A DNA stretch of 64,000 nt, from the NCBI GenBank assembly GCA_951406725.2, contig OX597816.1:33852001-33916000 (forward strand). The letters run 5' to 3'. Position numbers and translations under genes: made by a program. This document shows positions 60,198 through 64,000 of the stretch, in pieces; within the stretch, counting starts at the first letter, position 1; each line of letters opens with the position of its first letter. Under the pieces are notes generated by a model, which saw only the letters and a list, made by a program, of their open reading frames with translations, was not told the DNA's origin and did not search any database. The DNA comes from Octopus vulgaris (lineage: Eukaryota).

Positions 60198-60480
60198 GAG
60201 GTGGTTTCAAAATGTTCCCGAACTAGTTCTGTAGCGCACCAACAGATGGCAGCACACGTTCACGTGCGCACTCAGAGCTAGCAGTTACCTTCATAAGCTT
60301 GTGTGCGGAGTGTTAACGTTGTAAGTTGTGAAATTTGTGTTTTTGTGATCACGTGTATGTCATAGTCTGCGAATGTGTCATGGACAGGAGCAAGAGCCAA
60401 CCTGAAATTTTGCGATAAACTTGGGAGACATTTAGCATGCTTTGGGAAGTTTACGATGACAAGGCTTTGTGTCATACGTA
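59771..60480. repeat. Near-perfect 284-bp inverted repeat (59771-60054 / 60197-60480) with a 142-bp spacer
   Basis: The arms are reverse complements with about 2 visible mismatches; ORFs 59776+ and 60583- share MTQSLVIVNFPKH...EGNC. Confidence 0.95.
60073..60166. mobile_element. 94-bp MITE-like mini element made of mariner termini
   Basis: TA-cgaggtggtttcaaaaggttccagaac ... gttcgggaacattttgaaatcacctcg-TA. Confidence 0.8.
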
Positions 60481-61040
60481 ATACTTTGCCTGGCACAGGT
60501 GCAGAAAACGTGCCTACAGGACGTTGAGCTACCTGAGGACCGGCCACGCGCTTCATCTCTGGAAATGAGGTATTGTGCAACAAGAATTAGCCCTCCAGGG
60601 CCAAACCATCAATCGAGAACTCTACTGCGACGTCTTGAAGCATTTAAGTGGGTACATTCGGCGATGGCGAAAAGAGGTATGGAGAGCAAAGAATTGGATT
60701 CGTCACCCTCACTGGGGAGTTTCTCACCAAATCAAAATGTTCCGCACCCGCCATATTTGCCAGATTTAACACCTACGGACTTCCATCTGTTCTCAAGACG
60801 AAAATGCAGCTTAAAGGTCGCCGTGCCGTTTTAACACCGTAGTCGTGATCCAGAGCGAATCACAGGTTCTCTACTCCCTTACGAAAAACGTCTTCGAGTC
60901 TCGAATCCAAAAGGAGCGGGAACGCTTGGTTCGGTGAATTGCTGCACAAGGTGATTATTTCGAAGGAGGTGATGTGAAAACTTAGGTAATAAAGTTATGT
61001 TTTTAGTAAACATAACTACTCAGTGACCTCTAAGATTCAA
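60197..61040 (+). mobile_element. Internally deleted, degenerate mariner
   Basis: TIR cgaggtggtttcaaaa; EQ(R)ANLKFCDKLG, GQTINRELYCDVLKHL, PHPPYLPDLTPTDFHLF and QGDYFEG. Confidence 0.85.
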
Positions 61041-61639
61041 CAAAACGTATTCCATCTGGCCAGAGGTAAATGTTATTTATTTAAGTGTAGAATACATATT
61101 TAATAAAGTGCTGCTAATAGTTTCATAAGTTGAGAAATACATAAACTTTTTCTTTAGGCCCAAAACACATATCATAGCGAATTAAATATTGAATGATAGA
61201 AGAAATGCGAAAATACTGAGAAGGCAGTATATAAGAAATAGCAGAAAGTATAAAACGGAAAAAATATCAAGGAAGTTAGTGCAAATATGTTATTTCGTTA
61301 TACGTGGTTTGCGCCAGGAGAATATGTTTAAGTATTTCTCAAAATATGAACATTTTAGCAGCGGTTTAATGCATGCATTGTGACAAGATGCATTGAGACA
61401 ATACGTTTTATGTCCTTTTAGATATATCTAATATCTATCATTCGTGAAAATTTGAAATGAATGGAATAAATATTTTGTAAGTTATGAGGAAATAAACAAA
61501 CTCTCTTCCAAATTACAGCAGCGAAAAGTTAAGGTTCACTTAGAGACAATGAAGTAGTAACCGAGGTATTTGTTGTTTAGAAGATAGCTGATGGGCTCAG
61601 AGTTACTTCTTATGATCTTAAATTTTTGTAACATTCAAC

Positions 61640-62650
61640 CGTCAACATGGCGTCTTGTGAGGGACGACCGATGTCCTATGACTAAAAACAAAGGATTTAG
61701 TGCCTTCACCAAAAGAGCATGACAAATTCCGTGATATCAACTATTGTAGGAAGGTCTAGAAGTTTTGTGCAACGAGTTGTAACTCGTTTTATTTCATCAG
61801 GATCGACAGATACTAAACCCCAACTCGGTAGAGCTCGTAAAACTCCACCAAGATAGACTATCCCTTAAGGATATATTTAAGAGTACTACTGAGTCATCCC
61901 ACGAGTTTAGCTGAACTTCCGATGTCAACGTATCACGCAAAACAGTTTGGGCGCCACTAAAGAAGCATCTGATCTCCAAGGGAGATCAACGAGCCGGTCT
62001 TCGCTTCGCTCACAGACATACCATATGGAAAGAAGAACCGTGGTCGCAAGTTCATTCTAGCGATAAATCGTAGTTTAATGTGATTGGTTCCGATGACAGG
62101 ATGTACATTCGGTAGAAGTGGAGAAAGGTTATCTCGTGCATGTATGCAGGAGACAGTGAAATATGGAGGAGGCAGTGTAACGATATAGGGAGCGATCGCT
62201 GCTGGTGTTTTTAGTCCTCTTATTCGCCTACAAGAGACTGTCAATGCTGAAATCCACAAGCATATTCTTATACAGCATGCCCTTCTACATCTGCAATCCC
62301 CTTCAGTTCAACCTCGTATCTTCGTGCTAAACAACGCTCTCTGTCACGGAGACAGTCAAAGATTTATTGAGTGATGAAGCGATTGATGCCATGGATCGGC
62401 CACTTATATGTAACAATCTCAAACCAACAGAAAAGATTTGGAAGATCATTGGAGATGGGGCGAACTCTGGGAAATACTGGAAAACAAATGGGTCAATATT
62501 ACTCCATCATTTTGCAAAAAAATTAAGTCCTGTGGTAACGAATATCAGGAGTCCTTGATAGTAAAGGGATGTTCACAAAATATTAATAGTAAGGCTTCCT
62601 TTTTTGTTCTCGTTCCATTTATCAGTGTTTTTCTCAGTGAAACTTAACAT
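61640..62650 (+). mobile_element. Degenerate Tc1-like transposase
   Basis: GRARKT, ETVKYGGGSVTI*GAI, FVLNNALCH and NLKPTEKIW; TIRs not identified. Confidence 0.75.
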
Positions 62651-62853
62651 TTGGCCATTGCAGTTTGGAAGATTATTTATTTATTTTCTCATAGCCTACG
62701 GAATCTTAATTGTATTCACTTAAAATTTTCACGAAAGATAAGTACTGGATATATCCAATTAAATGTCAAATATCTAATCTCTACGTTTTGTTAATCATCT
62801 GTAATAAATATTTCAATACACCTGCTCTTACTGGCCCTTACATAATGGCCGCT

Positions 62854-62918
<65 letters not shown>

Positions 62919-63080
62919 GTGTGTGTGATTGTGTATAGAAGAATATATTAATAAAAAGAATTCCAACCTTGTCTGATTTTCACGTTTTATTTACAATCTT
63001 ATAATGATATATTATAAGATAATATATTATAATTGAATAAAATAAAATGAAATAGTAGAATGTTAAATATTCATTCTGAT

Positions 63081-63125
63081 TGAACTAGTACTTTCATGCA
63101 TTGAATTCTGCAATCTTCGGGTTCA
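63081..63125 (-). ncRNA. Minimal type-I hammerhead ribozyme (U4C variant)
   Basis: tgaac-CCGAAGA-ttgca(gaattcaa)tgcat-GAAA-gtac-TA/gttca: 5-bp stem I and palindromic stem III AGTACT. Confidence 0.7.
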
Positions 63126-63619
63126 TGTAGTAGTGTTGACAGTCATGCTTCACAATTTTTGACTGTAGCAAGATGAGTGGTTCTGTGCTATAAATACAGC
63201 TGGGTAGGCTCCAGAGTGCTAGGTTTTGCAAACTGTATTCTGACCAATCAGTGTGTAGTATCACTCAATTACTTAAGCTGATTGGTTGGTTGAGCTGATT
63301 GGTTTAGGCATCACGCTTTGTTGGACAGGTCAAGAGTCCTGTATCTTGACCCTGGCCGAAGCAGCAATTGTTGGGTTATTTTTAGAAATGTTGTAAATAT
63401 CCTTTGTCAGAGATTTTTATATTTTTATATTTCAATTGTCATCATCATCATTGTCAGCACCTTAATTATTGTTGCTAGTGGTGATGGTGGTGGCAATAGA
63501 ACTTTTAACCCTAAATAAGATAATTTTCCTGCTATCTTCGTCTTGATCACCTTTAGTATTGTTGTTGTTGTTAGTGGTCATGGTCGTAGCAGTGGAAGTA
63601 ATACCTCTAAGTATTATTA

Positions 63620-64000
63620 TTATTGCTTATTTAGCTTGGGTTCGAATTTATCAATAAAATTATTTTCTCTGATTTTCCTCTCGATTTCACTTGGGCTGTG
63701 TAATTTGTAGAATGGAAATATTATATATATTTTCCGACCACATGTTGCTAGGTGGTTACTCAAAGGTATCTGACGGACCTCTGGGTCTCTAATCTGTTGC
63801 CGGTGTACACGTGAGCGTTCTAATAGTGCGTTTCCCGTCTGACCTACATATATTTCTTCACAATTTGGGCATTTGATGCAGTAAATTAAATTTCTGCTTT
63901 TGCAGTTCATATTCGCGTTTGTGAATATTTTCCCGGTTTTTGTGTTTATATATTGACCGGTATGTATGAATTGGCATGTGCCACATCGGCTATCATTGCA
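63620..64000 (-). CDS. Penelope GIY-YIG endonuclease domain (partial, C-terminal)
   Basis: CNDSRCGTC linker at the window edge, then NLIYCIKCPNCEEIYVGQTG...RSRVH...HLATC...RENNFIDKFEPKLN*. Confidence 0.88.
   Translation of the reverse strand, partial: CNDSRCGTCQFIHTGQYINTKTGKIFTNANMNCKSRNLIYCIKCPNCEEIYVGQTGNALLERSRVHRQQIRDPEVRQIPLSNHLATCGRKIYIIFPFYKLHSPSEIERKIRENNFIDKFEPKLNKQ

Larger units (their letters stand above)
62935..64000 (-). mobile_element. Third Penelope-like element: 3' end of ORF plus 3' pLTR; continues beyond the window
   Basis: GIY-YIG C-terminus at 63620-64000 and a hammerhead at 63081-63125; ends at a (TA)n/(TG)n tract. Confidence 0.88.

Overview
AT-rich, repeat-saturated eukaryotic DNA. 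The SINE families and the (TA)n/(GATA)n/(AAT)n load suggest a coleoid cephalopod such as Octopus (inference). I found no convincing host gene, and almost all ORFs in the track are microsatellite artefacts. The window is a nested transposon landscape: degenerate hAT, Tc1 and mariner DNA transposons, Tx1/L1-, R4/Dong- and RTE-like LINE remnants, three tRNA-derived SINE families, and three distinct Penelope-like (RT/GIY-YIG) elements clustered at 55-64 kb, one with a near-intact ORF. The most notable hidden signal is a set of about nine minimal type-I hammerhead-ribozyme-like motifs. Two well-formed ones lie 3' of the Penelope ORFs, one with a compensatory U3-A8 core. The others sit mostly in short non-coding cassettes, several embedded in (TA)n tracts, including a ~430-bp tandem retrozyme-like unit and a fold-back insert. 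Also present are a recent near-perfect 284-bp inverted duplication of an old mariner end enclosing a 94-bp nascent MITE, a hairpin masking a hAT start codon, and a 555-bp element embedded in (AAT)n. All motif calls were read by eye; no searches were run.
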